62,684 bases of DNA from Azolla caroliniana (GCA_043228905.1 JBHGNT010000164.1:1-62684); one strand, 5' to 3'. Positions 39,641 through 51,070 are shown, counted from the first letter of the stretch. The notes: a model not told the origin generated them from the sequence alone. Made by a program: numbers and translations.

Positions 39641-41269
39641 GTTAATAACAGGTGTTATCAATCATGCGCTTCGATCCCAAACTAACAGTTCCCCAAGGAT
39701 ACGAGCTCTCCTTCAAGCAAGCTAATGCCATCTTCTCTCATGCTCGAGTGTAAGGAAAATGGAAAGAACAAAGTAGGGAAAATGATGTAAATATATGCTT
39801 ATACCAGTCACAATCTCAAAAAGTATCCTTGCCTTGTTTTCAAAATGGCCTAGTCAAATTGGGTCTCATACTCACTCAAATTTAGTAAACTTAAAGTAGC
39901 ATTAGCAAATTATGCTTTTAATTATCTCAATTAAGATAGATCCACTTTCTATTGTGAAGTCCAAATCAGCAATTTACGCTTCTTAGACAACTCATATAGA
40001 ATACACACTATAATTACAGTCCTAATTAGGATCTTAAGCTTCCAATCCGGCTCATTAGGACATACTCATCAGAGCCATTAGCAATAGCATCATCTAAAGG
40101 ATTACTATAACTCATTTCGTAGATTACTATCCAAAGCTTATCGAAGAATTTTGTGCTTAATTATATGCGTCATATTAAGATATTTTTATAGGCCTAAAAT
40201 AGTCTGTTTCAATGGAGAAAGAAATAGCTCTGTTTTCAGTGAAGAAAATAATATCTGGTCAAGGTTAAAATAATTGACCGTCTCTTAAAGGGAAATACTC
40301 TGTTTTCAGTGAAAGAAAATACTTGTCACTAGTTAAGCAAAAAGGAATGTCTCTATTTTAAAGGAAAACAGTCTGTCCAAAGAGAAAGAATGGCTCTGTT
40401 TCAGTGAAGAGCGCTCTCTCTGTCTCTCTCTCTCCAGTTAGAGATAAAATAAATGACTGTGTTTCAAAGAATAAAACACACTCGCTGGTCAGAGGAAAAA
40501 GAAAATTACTGTGTTTTGAAAAAAAAAACTCTGTTTTAGTGAAAGAAATTAGTCTCTAGTTGGATAAAAAGAAAATACTTGTCACTAGTTAAGCAAAAAG
40601 GAATGCTTTTAATTATCTCAATTAAGATAGATCCACTTTCTATTGTGAAGTCCAAATCAGCAATTTACGCTTCTTAGACAACTCATATAGAATACACACT
40701 ATAATTACAGTCCTAATTAGGATCTTAAGCTTCCAATCCGGCTCATTAGGACATACTCATCAGAGCCATTAGCAATAGCATCATCTAAAGGATTACTATA
40801 ACTCATTTCGTAGATTACTATCCAAAGCTTATCGAAGAATTTTGTGCTTAATTATATGCGTCATATTAAGATATTTTTATAGGCCTAAAATAGTCTGTTT
40901 CAATGGAGAAAGAAATAGCTCTGTTTTCAGTGAAGAAAATAATATCTGGTCAAGGTTAAAATAATTGACCGTCTCTTAAAGGGAAATACTCTGTTTTCAG
41001 TGAAAGAAAATACTTGTCACTAGTTAAGCAAAAAGGAATGTCTCTATTTTAAAGGAAAACAGTCTGTCCAAAGAGAAAGAATGGCTCTGTTTCAGTGAAG
41101 AGCGCTCTCTCTGTCTCTCTCTCTCCAGTTAGAGATAAAATAAATGACTGTGTTTCAAAGAATAAAACACACTCGCTGGTCAGAGGAAAAAGAAAATTAC
41201 TGTGTTTTGAAAAAAAAAACTCTGTTTTAGTGAAAGAAATTAGTCTCTAGTTGGATAAAAAGAAGACTC

Positions 41270-41316
<47 letters not shown>

Positions 41317-41694
41317 GTGTCTCTGTCTCTATCTGTCTCCCTCTGTTTCTGTGTCTATCTATCTGTAAGGCTCCCTAGTCTATGATTGATCCGTTAGTTC
41401 TCTTAAATCCTTCTTTTTCTTTTTCTTCTTCTTCTTCTTCTTCATATATATATATGAATTATATATTATTTTCTTCTGTCTTCCTTCTTTTCTTTCTTCC
41501 TTTTCTTCTTCTCGTCTGCTGTGATCTGACACAAGGCCGCATCTCTCTCTCTCTCTCTCTCTCTAACTGTGTGAATGTGTGTGTGTGCGCGCAGATACGA
41601 TGGGAGCTCAGAGAAGCTCTCGTTTCTGAAGCCCCTGCTTCCATCAGAGATAAGAGTGTTTAATGGCGACCTCGACTTCCTTGGGCCGTATCCC

Positions 41695-41742
<48 letters not shown>

Positions 41743-43323
41743 CTGTTTATGTCTAGAAAAACAGAGCGCAGAGTGATAGAGGGTTAGAGAGCTTGAGAGC
41801 CTCTGTGTTATCATCACTCTGTTTTCCTTCCTTCCTTCCTTCCTTCTTCTTCTTGTCCTTCCATATATCATTTTTATCTGCATACATTATGCGGTCATGC
41901 ATTTACTATTGTCTTCTTTCTTATTATTCTGGAATTTCCTTCATTCACCAAATTTGGTATCCTTCAGAGATTTGCCGCCTTATCATGCCTTGTCCATTGC
42001 ACAAGGTCGCCTCAATCCTATATCCATGTCTGCTTTCGATGAATTTGTTGACATTAAGATCCCTTCTACTCTGAACATACAATCCTATATAACTGTATGT
42101 GTTCTATCCCTGCCTCTCTCCTCTCTACATGCCTCCATGGTGCAATTTCACCCTAATTTTGCTTTCACTTCGTTTCTTTTGCAGAAGACAAGTATGCAAG
42201 AAGATGAAGTGAAAGAAGAGCTTATTATTAGCTACATTGCAGATGCTGATGTCTCTTCTGCAGTCAGTGATCATGGTAGAGCTATATTCCACACTGTAAC
42301 AGATGAAATAGAAGCGAAAAAGCCCATTTTAAATTCGATTGCTTCAGCTGAAATGGACAGCTCCTCCCGCCCTTCTTCAGCCAATGATGGTGAGTGAAAC
42401 CCTACCTTTCTTTTCTTCATATTATGATATATACATTTACACACATTCGCATATTTATAGCTGATTTTAAAGCCCATTAAATTTAACTAATGCTGAGCTT
42501 TGTTATGTGATCAGCTTCAGTTTCTATTCAGAGTAATAAAGGCTTCCTCACTCATCTCAAGAATCTAGCATCTTCTCATATAAGCAGCACAGAATGGTCA
42601 CCAATGCTAGATGATATCGATGAAGAGAGAGCCTCAAGAAGGTCAACGACAGTCTCACTCTCTCCTCCAGGGAACAAGAGAGTGTCTCCACTTCCACCCA
42701 ATAACAATCCTTTCAGGAAACAGAGAGCAGCAGATGATTCTCTAACCTTTGCTTCAAAGAGACATACCGACAGTAGCGATGCCGAAGGTGAAGCAGAGAA
42801 AAGAGTGATTCCTCTTCAATTCAATAGTAATGCTTGTAAGAAAGTAGAGAGGTCTAGTTTAGGAGCACCATTAGCTTCATCACATTCCGGCTCAAAGAGG
42901 CTCTTTGGAAGAGAGGAAGAGGTATTACCTCGTGGCATGAAGGTGCTTTCTCATGGAGAATTGGGTGCAGATCAGGTTTCAACTCCCCCTCAAGACTCTC
43001 ATGACATAGAATTCGTACAAAATGGAAGCAAGGAAGAAGAATTCGAGCTCATGTATTCATCTTCATCGCTAAATGAATGCGTGGAAGAGCTAAATCCCTC
43101 GTGTTCGTCTTCGTCTTTGAATCAAAAGAAACAGAAACAGAGTAATCATGAGTCATCCGGTGCTATTCGTTATCCAAAGAATTCTCTGGAAAGCAAGAAG
43201 ATGAAAAGCAAAGGAAAGCAGGGGAGGCAACAGACCAAGATAAGCTCATTAATGCCCCCAGGCATTATCCTGACCTATTTCCAGAGATCCAACCATACTA
43301 ACTTAACTAACCCTAAAGGATGA
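29671..43323 (+). CDS. EXO1: Exonuclease 1 (XPG/Rad2 family 5'-3' exonuclease, plant EXO1B-like), 13 coding exons, about 710 aa
   Basis: Exons 29671-29748, 30214-30250, 30358-30535, 31449-31527, 32813-32857, 32953-33102, 33259-33391, 35912-36012, 39652-39749, 41595-41687, 41968-42094, 42185-42389, 42515-43323 (2133 nt, in frame). Motifs [68 protein letters not shown]. The last three junctions are less certain. Confidence 0.93.
29814..29940 (+). pseudogene. Decayed tandem copy of EXO1 exon 1 within intron 1
   Basis: ATGGGGATTCAAAGTCTTTTGAAGGTATTGAAAC...GAACACGGATAAG versus exon 1 ATGGGAATCCAAGGTCTTTTGAAGGTATTGAAAC...GAACACGGGTAAG. The donor is mutated GT to AT, and GGATTAAGCTCC is also duplicated. 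Confidence 0.85.
30980..31244. mobile_element. Small CACTA-ended MITE-like element in EXO1 intron 3
   Basis: Left end CACTATGTTAGCATTGC; reverse complement of right end CACTACACTAGCATTGC (14/17 match). No clean TSD. Confidence 0.55.
32100..32702. mobile_element. hAT-type MITE (603 bp) in EXO1 intron 4
   Basis: TIR TAACAATCGGAAACGGTT / AACCGTTGCTGATTGTTA (2 mismatches). Exact 8-bp TSD GATGAAAT. Many AACCG/CGGTT and deaminated AACTG subterminal repeats. Confidence 0.92.
33452..33719. repeat. About 270-bp imperfect foldback (MITE-like) in EXO1 intron 7
   Basis: Core arms ATTGCTTTCTCTAAATAATGCCCACTTGGGA (33529-33559) and TCCCAAGTGGGCATTTACTAGAGAAAGTAAT (33619-33649), with weaker pairing extending outward and inward. 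Confidence 0.75.
34162..34434. repeat. Tandem duplication, about 151-bp period x2
   Basis: CTTATTAATCACTAG.TTTGGTAATTTTT.ATACACATAAGCATATTTGGGTAATTTTCCCTTAA...GAAACACATTTGTTTTGAGCTTTTGAT occurs twice. Confidence 0.88.
39580..39637. repeat. (GA)29 microsatellite just upstream of the EXO1 exon 9 acceptor
   Basis: Uninterrupted GA run ending 14 nt before exon 9. Confidence 0.92.
39912..41264. repeat. Apparently identical 662-bp tandem duplication (period 691 bp) in EXO1 intron 9
   Basis: 39912-40573 matches 40603-41264. The 29-bp spacer is a copy of internal sequence near 40318-40346. Confidence 0.93.
41688..41967 (+). other. Probable U12-type (minor spliceosome) GT-AG intron of EXO1
   Basis: Donor GTATCCCT (U12 consensus RTATCCTT, a poor U2 match). 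Branch-like TTCCTTCAT at 41936-41944. Phase 2 within FLGP|DLPP. Confidence 0.65.
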
Positions 43324-45597
43324 AGTCATCAATATATATACATATATAGAGAGAGATACACATATTGACATACATATATATATATATATGTATGTAGACA
43401 TCTCTTTTCATGACACCGAAAGACCTCAAAAACCCACAGCTGAAAGCTTCTTGATACAGACAATATTATTTGTCTGCTCTTTTCTTCGTCTTCTTCTTCT
43501 TCTTCTTCTTCTTCTCTATCTCTGTTTATTGATTATTCTAGTTCACCCTCTTTCTGTCATCCATATGCTTCAGTTACAACAATTCCTCAGATTTGCAACA
43601 TTCCTTCTCCAATGTACGCCTCCCCAAATGTCTCTTCACATCATCCCTCTCAACTTTTTGGCAAGATTTCCTTAATCATCAACAAGACAGCATTGATGTT
43701 TCCTTACTTCTTCTTTGATTTTCTATTCTTGATTCTTATTCTTATTCTTATTATGTGTAACTTTTTCCTTATGTCTTGTTTGGAAAAATGTTAGAGAGAA
43801 GTCTAACTAACTTAACTGACCAACTATCTACGACTAACCAACACTTAACACCTTACAAAATGTGTCACCATGAAACTTATGGCCCCTTTTTTGTGCTTTT
43901 GGCTTTTGTAAAACTTTTAACAAGGATTTTTCTCCACAATATAAGAACATCTCAAATTTATTATTACAAAAAATGGCTGTTTTTTTTTCTCTTGTTCACA
44001 TAAGAAGCTTGGTTAATATTTACTGTTTAGAATTGTTTTTCTCAAAGATTCATTTTTGGAATCAAGACTATCCATAAGAAGCAGACAGTGAGACCCTTGT
44101 TTATTGTAAGTACGTTGAATAAACATTGCAAGGACTAGGCATATGTTGTAATGGTACCAAGTGAATTATGGTCTTCCATTTCCCAGTTGAAAAGGTGATT
44201 GCTTCTTCTATATATTTGCATATTTTTCTGTTTTAATGTTGCAGAAGCTACGTTTTTGCTTGGTGATTTCGTCCTCTAATGTGACATTTTTGTGGATTGA
44301 CTAGTATCTTGAATGATTATGATTTTCATGCCAACTATTGGGTATTATGATGATATTACTAACGATAACGATGCTTCTTACTGGCATGGATGGCCATATG
44401 GATATTTGTTCATACTATGATTTGAGTACACATACACAGTAAATAATCATTGAGGTTACATTGGAGCAAATTTATAACACAACTTATTAGAGATATTGGT
44501 GTAGTTTCATGATCTACAGACATATGCATGTCTTAGATAGTCTAAAATATAGTTTCACATACATTTTGTATGAACGCAGACCATTATCTTATTATAATTT
44601 CGTTATTGGCTCATATGTATATCTGTTGCATCATCTTGGCATGGGTAAATTTCAGGCTTAGTACATTTAGTTCTGTCCACTTTCCAAATTACCTACCGAG
44701 AAATATAAGGCTTTACATAGGGTTTATTAGTGATACATGAATACACACATTGATGAAACAGTTCCCATGTTTCAAATTCCACAATATGTACTTGCGAGGA
44801 GTAAACCATTACTTGCTAACAAATGTGCAAGTAGAGGATTACTTGCTACTATTAAGCATTGCCAATTTAACCACTTGCCATTGCCATTGCCATTCTTTTT
44901 GTGTTCACAACCTTATCGGTATATTATTTTCCACACGAGTTTATGAAGTACTTCATTCTTTTAATGCTTCCCATGGATTACATGTTATTTGTTCACAAAA
45001 AAAAATTCATTAGAATTGAATGGTAACTCGATATGGCACCAACCAAGAATTGGTGTGATACTTAACATTGTGATGAGTTTTAATATTGTTGCAAGCAACA
45101 ATATTTGAATGCAATGGAATATAATATAATATTAGAAGCAACAAAGATTATATTATACATAATATGTGTTAGAGCACCTAAGAGTTATCACAACAAAGGG
45201 ATGATGATACAATGAAGGGGAGTCAAATGCCACGTATTGGTTGTAGCAATTCAATAATCAATCATGGTCATGTTTTGATCATACTCCATATGTATATAAT
45301 CACATTGGCGGAAACTTGAAGAATTTGTTTTGGATGCCAACAAAAAGTTTACAAGCAAGCATTGAGGATTGCCATGTGGGGAGAGGGGGGGAACTTGGGT
45401 CGGATACCATCATGGTGAATGCGCCACGCCGGCTTATTGTGAGGATTCCGGGATTATGTCCTCCGGACACAAAATGTGGTTGTCGAGACACCGTCCAGCT
45501 GTGTGGCTTGATGTCCGTCCATTCTCGATCACGGACCCAACCCTCTTAGAAGAAGCCCACAAGGGTATGGAAGCTGTGGCCATCCAATGTGGAGAAA

Positions 45598-45641
<44 letters not shown>

Positions 45642-45921
45642 GTACATACATACATACATACATACATACATACACATACATATATATTTATATATATAAC
45701 AAAAAAGAAATATGGTGATAATAATAAAAAATAATAATGATAAAAGAACAAAGGTGATGGTTAAGCTTCCATGCAGCAGCACGTATGGCTGCCTTCTTCT
45801 GATCATACATCTTCTCCTCCTTCTATATATATATGTACATATACACAATCGTATAGAAGAAGAAGAAGAGTAATCAAGCAGGGAAGAAGGAAGAGCAATC
45901 CGGACAGCTGTGGTGATCATC

Positions 45922-48900
45922 ATGACCCACCTAATCATGCCATTCCTTCTCATTTCTGCACTCATCTTAAGCTTCAGTTGTATTAGTAGTGGTACTACTA
46001 ATTCGGCCATCCAAGTTTCTTCTTCTTCTTCTTCTTCTTCTGAACCCAATACAGCATCCGGTGCACTTGAGCTGAGAGAGAACATAATCGAGAAAGTAGA
46101 GAAAGTGAGTGAATTGATCCAGAGAGCTCAGAAGAACGCGGTGGAGCAAGAGAGAGAAGCAAGAGATGGAGATGGAAACCCAGGCAGTGGTAGTAGTAGG
46201 CCTGGTTATAGTGGAATGATAGAAGACTATAACAATGGCAACGGAGGCGGATCATACAATGATGCAACAAACCCAAACCCAAACCCAAACCCAAACCCTA
46301 ATCCATCTGACCCTGAATCTTATCCTAACCCTAGCATGGATGAACAGTATGTGAGCGAGAGTGATTTGGAGGGGGGAGGCATGAGCGACGATTACTACAG
46401 GCGGGCGATGAATGTGTCGGGGGCAGGAGGAGGAGGAGGAGGCGGTGCATTGTCAACGGACCCCGTGTCGTCGGCGTGCCCATCCACGACACTCTCGGAG
46501 ATCGGCTCGACACTGCGTGCGGTGGAGGCGGAGGTTTTGGGGAACCGTGCGGCCGATGCGAGCAACCATGCCCACCTCGCGCTCTTCTCCCTCTCCGATT
46601 GCTTGTCCTCCCTATCCAGCGGCCTCCCGGCTTCCGCTTCCGCTTCCGCCTCCGTGTCCGTGGCCGGCACCTCGTTGACCGATGCCAGTTCATCGTCCCA
46701 GGTATCGAATTCCCCCGTTGTTTTTGTTTAGAGACGTGCGTGCCTGCCGGCATTATCGTATTATGGCTTGTTTAGGGTTCTTTTTAACCCTAAACCCTCG
46801 AGCTCAACCTTCAAGTGTTTGGAGTCACTCACACTAGGATCAAGCAAGAATGAGCATATATAACAACATCCCCCATGTTTGGACCTCCTCAATCTTTTTA
46901 AGTGTTTGTTTGGAGTCACTCACTAGATCAACCATTATTAGCATATATACCAACATCCCATGTGTAATGCTCCATCTTAATTGTTTGTTCGGAGGCTGAA
47001 CTAGATTAAGCATTATTAGCTTAGTGTTTTGGAGTCACTAGATCAAGCCTTATTAGCATATACCAACATCCCATGTTTAAAGCTCAATCTTTTAAGTGTT
47101 TGTTTGGAGTCACTAGATCAAGCCTTATTAGCATATACCAACATCCCATGTTTAAAGCTCAATCTTTTAAGTGTTTGTTTGGAGTCACTAGATCAAGCCT
47201 TATTAGCATATACCAACATCCCATGTTTAAAGCTCAATCTTTTAAGTGTTTGTTTGGAGTCACTAGATAAAGCCTTATTAACATATACCAACATCCCATG
47301 TTTAAAGCTCAATCTTTTAAGTGTTTGTTTGGAGTCACTAGATCAAGCCTTATTAGCATATACCAACCTACGGCAAGATATAGATTTGGTCATCATAACT
47401 AGGGGCATGCACCATAAGCGTGGACGCAAAAATATTGATGATAATTCTGTAGATCACATTTTGTAAAAAAATATGCTTTAAAATCTCACCCTCCTGGATC
47501 CATGCGCACGATTTAACATTTGTATGTGCCCCATGTGCACGATCACGAATGATGTTGTGAAGTATGTTACTTTTTATCTTCATCTTCATAAATTTGTCAA
47601 TGTCAATGATGTTTGTGCAAAACTATCTTAACTATATTTCGTTGTGTGTAGGTCCTGAACTCTCTTTCTCTTGAGGAGTCGAATACCTACATTCTCGGGC
47701 AAGCAATCACCCTACTCGAGGCCATTACTTTATCACTTGACAAATTGGACAACCTTATATCAACCGGTTCTCGTGGTAGCAATGAAGGATCAATAGGGAA
47801 TGTGAATACAAACATGGTGGAAGGTAAGGTTGTGAACAAGCGTGGAGAATTATACTTTTTTGGAGCTCAAGTTGGAATGCATTGGGTAGTCCAATAAGAT
47901 GGGGTTTACAAGTTTAGAGTTTAATAAAGCTCATTGGTGTTTTCTTTTACATATAATGTGTATTGATTAGATCCTTATTTTAAATGGGACACATATTGTG
48001 ACACGGGATCAATTCAGAACATGTTTTGATAATGAACTAGTTATTGCTTGAATAGCCTATGCATTAAATGTTGAAGCTATTCAATAGTTTTGGGATTTAT
48101 GGAAGTATTTAATGAATGCCTAAGTATACTCGTATGCTATGGCCCATGATGTATAGTTGAAAGTGGTAAAACTAAAGGAGGATGTAAGAGGGATGGCACG
48201 ACGTGCCAATTCTCCAATTGTGGCAAAGGGAAGAATCTACCTTTTTGTGCAATGGGCTTTGCATATGGGGTAACTGGTGGCGCACGTGGTCCCACGTATA
48301 TTGTTACTCGTTCCGATGACAACCCAATATACCCTCGACCAGGTACTAGCACTCTTTTTGTTGTATTTTAGAAAGTATACTAGAGTCATTCTAATTTTAT
48401 GAAAACCTTGAAATACCCCTTAAGTTTTTGTTATTGTTTGACATATATGCCCTTGGCCAACCCTTCTTGAGCAATTATATGCCTAGCTTTCAGCAAGTAT
48501 ATGCCATGTTCATCCCTTTGCAATGAACATTTGGAGAAAAAAGGAAAACTTAAGGGCATTTTGGAGTTCTCCCCTTTCATTTTCAAGGCCAGATAACTTT
48601 TCTTACCTCCACCATCGCAAGAAAATGTCATGCTTCTCAACATTGTAATGTCCACTAGATTGTCCATATAAGAGAAACATGCTTTTAACTTAACTTCATA
48701 ACAAGGAATGTTTGTATAACTTAAATGTTGGGTCCACAAGATTTATGGCCATAACTGCGAATGTATCCATAATGTATCCGGTAGGTTCTTTGCGTTATGG
48801 GGTGAGGCTTGGTGGCGGTGCACGAGGTGTTTGGATCACTTTCGCGCGTAGCATGATCATTGTCTTAAAATCCATGCTTTGGGTTCGTAGCTCTACAACC

Positions 48901-50235
48901 ATAGATGGACGGGGTTACAACATTACTATCACGGGTAGAATGCTTGTTGTCGGAGGAGTTCACAATGTGATACTACACAATTTCCAAATTAACTCGATGG
49001 CATTAAGTGATACCATCCATGTATTCGCTGGATCTACGAAGGTAATTTGCATCCTACAGCCTATGTACTATGCATATGTATCTATAGTTTGCATAAGATT
49101 AACTAGTCTTACATTAAGTTCAACCCATGTTGGCATAATCGTGCGAGTCCAATGAATAAGGATATGCATGAAAGAAAAAAGGCAACCAAACATATCGTAC
49201 AAAAGTTGTAGAGAACATGACACGATCGGTTTCACATTGTGATCCAGCACACTAGTTCGAGGTCTATACGGGTTCGCCTTTTCCCGTATATAACATTTTC
49301 TTTTTTGCATACGTATGAATAAGGTTTGGGTGGATCACATCACGTCTTTCGATGCAAAGCTCGGACTTGTCTCCGTGGTTCAGAGGGCAACCGATGTCAC
49401 GATATCTAATTGCAAGCTCTCGAACCGTAACTTCAACATGTTACTCGGAGCCGCGGATTCGGACATTAGCGATAAGAACCTTCGCGTGACCGTTTATCGC
49501 AATTGGTTCAAGGATTCAATGCAAAGGATGCCTCATTGCAGGTTCTTTTTCTTTTCCTTTTTACCAAAACTTTTACATACTCACTCCGCTACTCAAAGGA
49601 CAAATATGGGGCATGGCCTTTCAAAAGCATTAAAAAATAATAATTTAAAAAGGAAATAAGTACTAGGCTTTGTTTTCTCTCACTAAAACTACTTTTAAGA
49701 TAATGAGAACAAAGCTTGGCAATTTGAATATGGATTCTAACTACTACTACTACAACATACATACATATATAGGTGGGGGTATTGTCACGTGATGAACAAC
49801 TTGTACACCAACTGGGGGTACTATGCGATCGGGGGGAGGGTTCACGCGAAGATCCGATCCGAGGGCAATGCGTTCATTGCCGGGAGGAGGGCGGAGGTCA
49901 CACCGTGGTTCCCGGGGGCCGGGGCCACCCCTAACTTTGACGGGACGGCGCTCATCCAGTCCTTAAATGACCTCCTTCTCAATGGCTCCACATTCCACCA
50001 ATTCAATGTCGTGCGCCACTCCGCGGTGACTTCTTCTTCTTCGTCCACCAAATCCTTGTCTTCATCCTCCGTCTCGGTCGCCCTCGCACCGCCCCCTCCG
50101 TACCACACCCCCGCGGCTTACCCTCCATCCATCCCTTCTCCACGTGTGCTCCCCGAGCTCCTCCGCTCGTGCTCCGGCACGCTCTTCACCCCCTCATCCC
50201 TTCGCCTCTGCCACCTCCTCTCTGGACTTAAATGA
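45922..50235 (+). CDS. Secreted pectate lyase-like (PL1) protein with long N-terminal extension, 6 exons, about 691 aa
   Basis: Exons 45922-46701, 47652-47823, 48157-48342, 48785-49041, 49324-49541, 49773-50235 (2076 nt, in frame, all GT-AG). Hydrophobic signal peptide, then PL1 motifs CAMGFAYGVTGGARG, PGSLRYG, TIDGRG, VWVDH, VTISN, QRMPHCRWGYCHVMNN, WGYYAIGG and SEGN. Joining exons 1-2 to the lyase exons is inferred from phase compatibility. Confidence 0.85.
46801..47367. repeat. 75-bp minisatellite in intron 1 of the pectate-lyase-like gene
   Basis: About 4.5 near-perfect units in 47024-47367 (GAT.AAGCC at 47041, 47116, 47191, 47266, 47341), preceded by about 3 degenerate units. Confidence 0.95.
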
Positions 50236-51070
50236 GCTTCTTATAACCCTCATTTGCTTGCCTTGCTTTGCTAGCCCCTCATACACTATGGAGCATTGTT
50301 GCACCAAACTTCTAGAGAAAACCAACCTAGAGTTAGAACCTTGAGGTAAGTGAAGAAGACATTGCAATTGATGAGTGAGGGGCTTATCCTTATTAATGGG
50401 TCATGCAAAAGTTTTGTAGAAAGTTTAATAGTAGTAGGGTTTGGTAGGAAATTATAGAAGAAATATGGGGGCCTAAGCATTTTGTAATGGAAGAGCATCG
50501 AATAAAAAGCCCAATTGTATCCCCTTGGATTTTACTCGTGTTTGTTTATACATGTGAATACATATAAAGCATGATCTTATAAATGTTTGTTGGTAATTAC
50601 TCGATGGATCCATTGTTATTTTTTGGGGGCCGTGTAGGATTATTAACTTTTTTTAATGCTAGGACCTCTTTAATCTCGAGTTTCATCCCTTTCTCTTGTA
50701 ATTTTATTGCGCAACTAACTTATCTAGTCACGTAGTTAGTGGGAGCTAATGTAGGCTTCAATGGAAGGTAATACTCGGATTAGTTCCCTCTCATCGAGTA
50801 ATAGTGTGAATGTTATCTTTACGTAATGGTAACATTTTCTCGTTTAGCCATCTTTCAACATAATAACATCATTCCAATACGTATTTCTAGTGGAACTTTC
50901 TCTTTTCAATAAATCTACATTTTTTGTTGCTATTTCGTAGCTATTGAAAAACTATCCTTAAAATACCAAATAATATTGAAACCTAGATGTCTTCCCGTTT
51001 ACCAAATATAGGCATAATTAGTTAAATTGAAGATCAACATATCTTGGATATCATATTCATTTATAATCAA

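Noticed and set aside
46331-46775. Overlapping alternative-frame and antisense ORFs in the lyase exon 1
   Set aside because: Expected in GC-rich coding DNA, with no recognisable motifs.
47024-47466. 75-bp array as a CRISPR array or a 145-aa repeat protein
   Set aside because: Units are contiguous with no unique spacers and there are no cas genes. The ORF has no ATG start and lies inside an intron.
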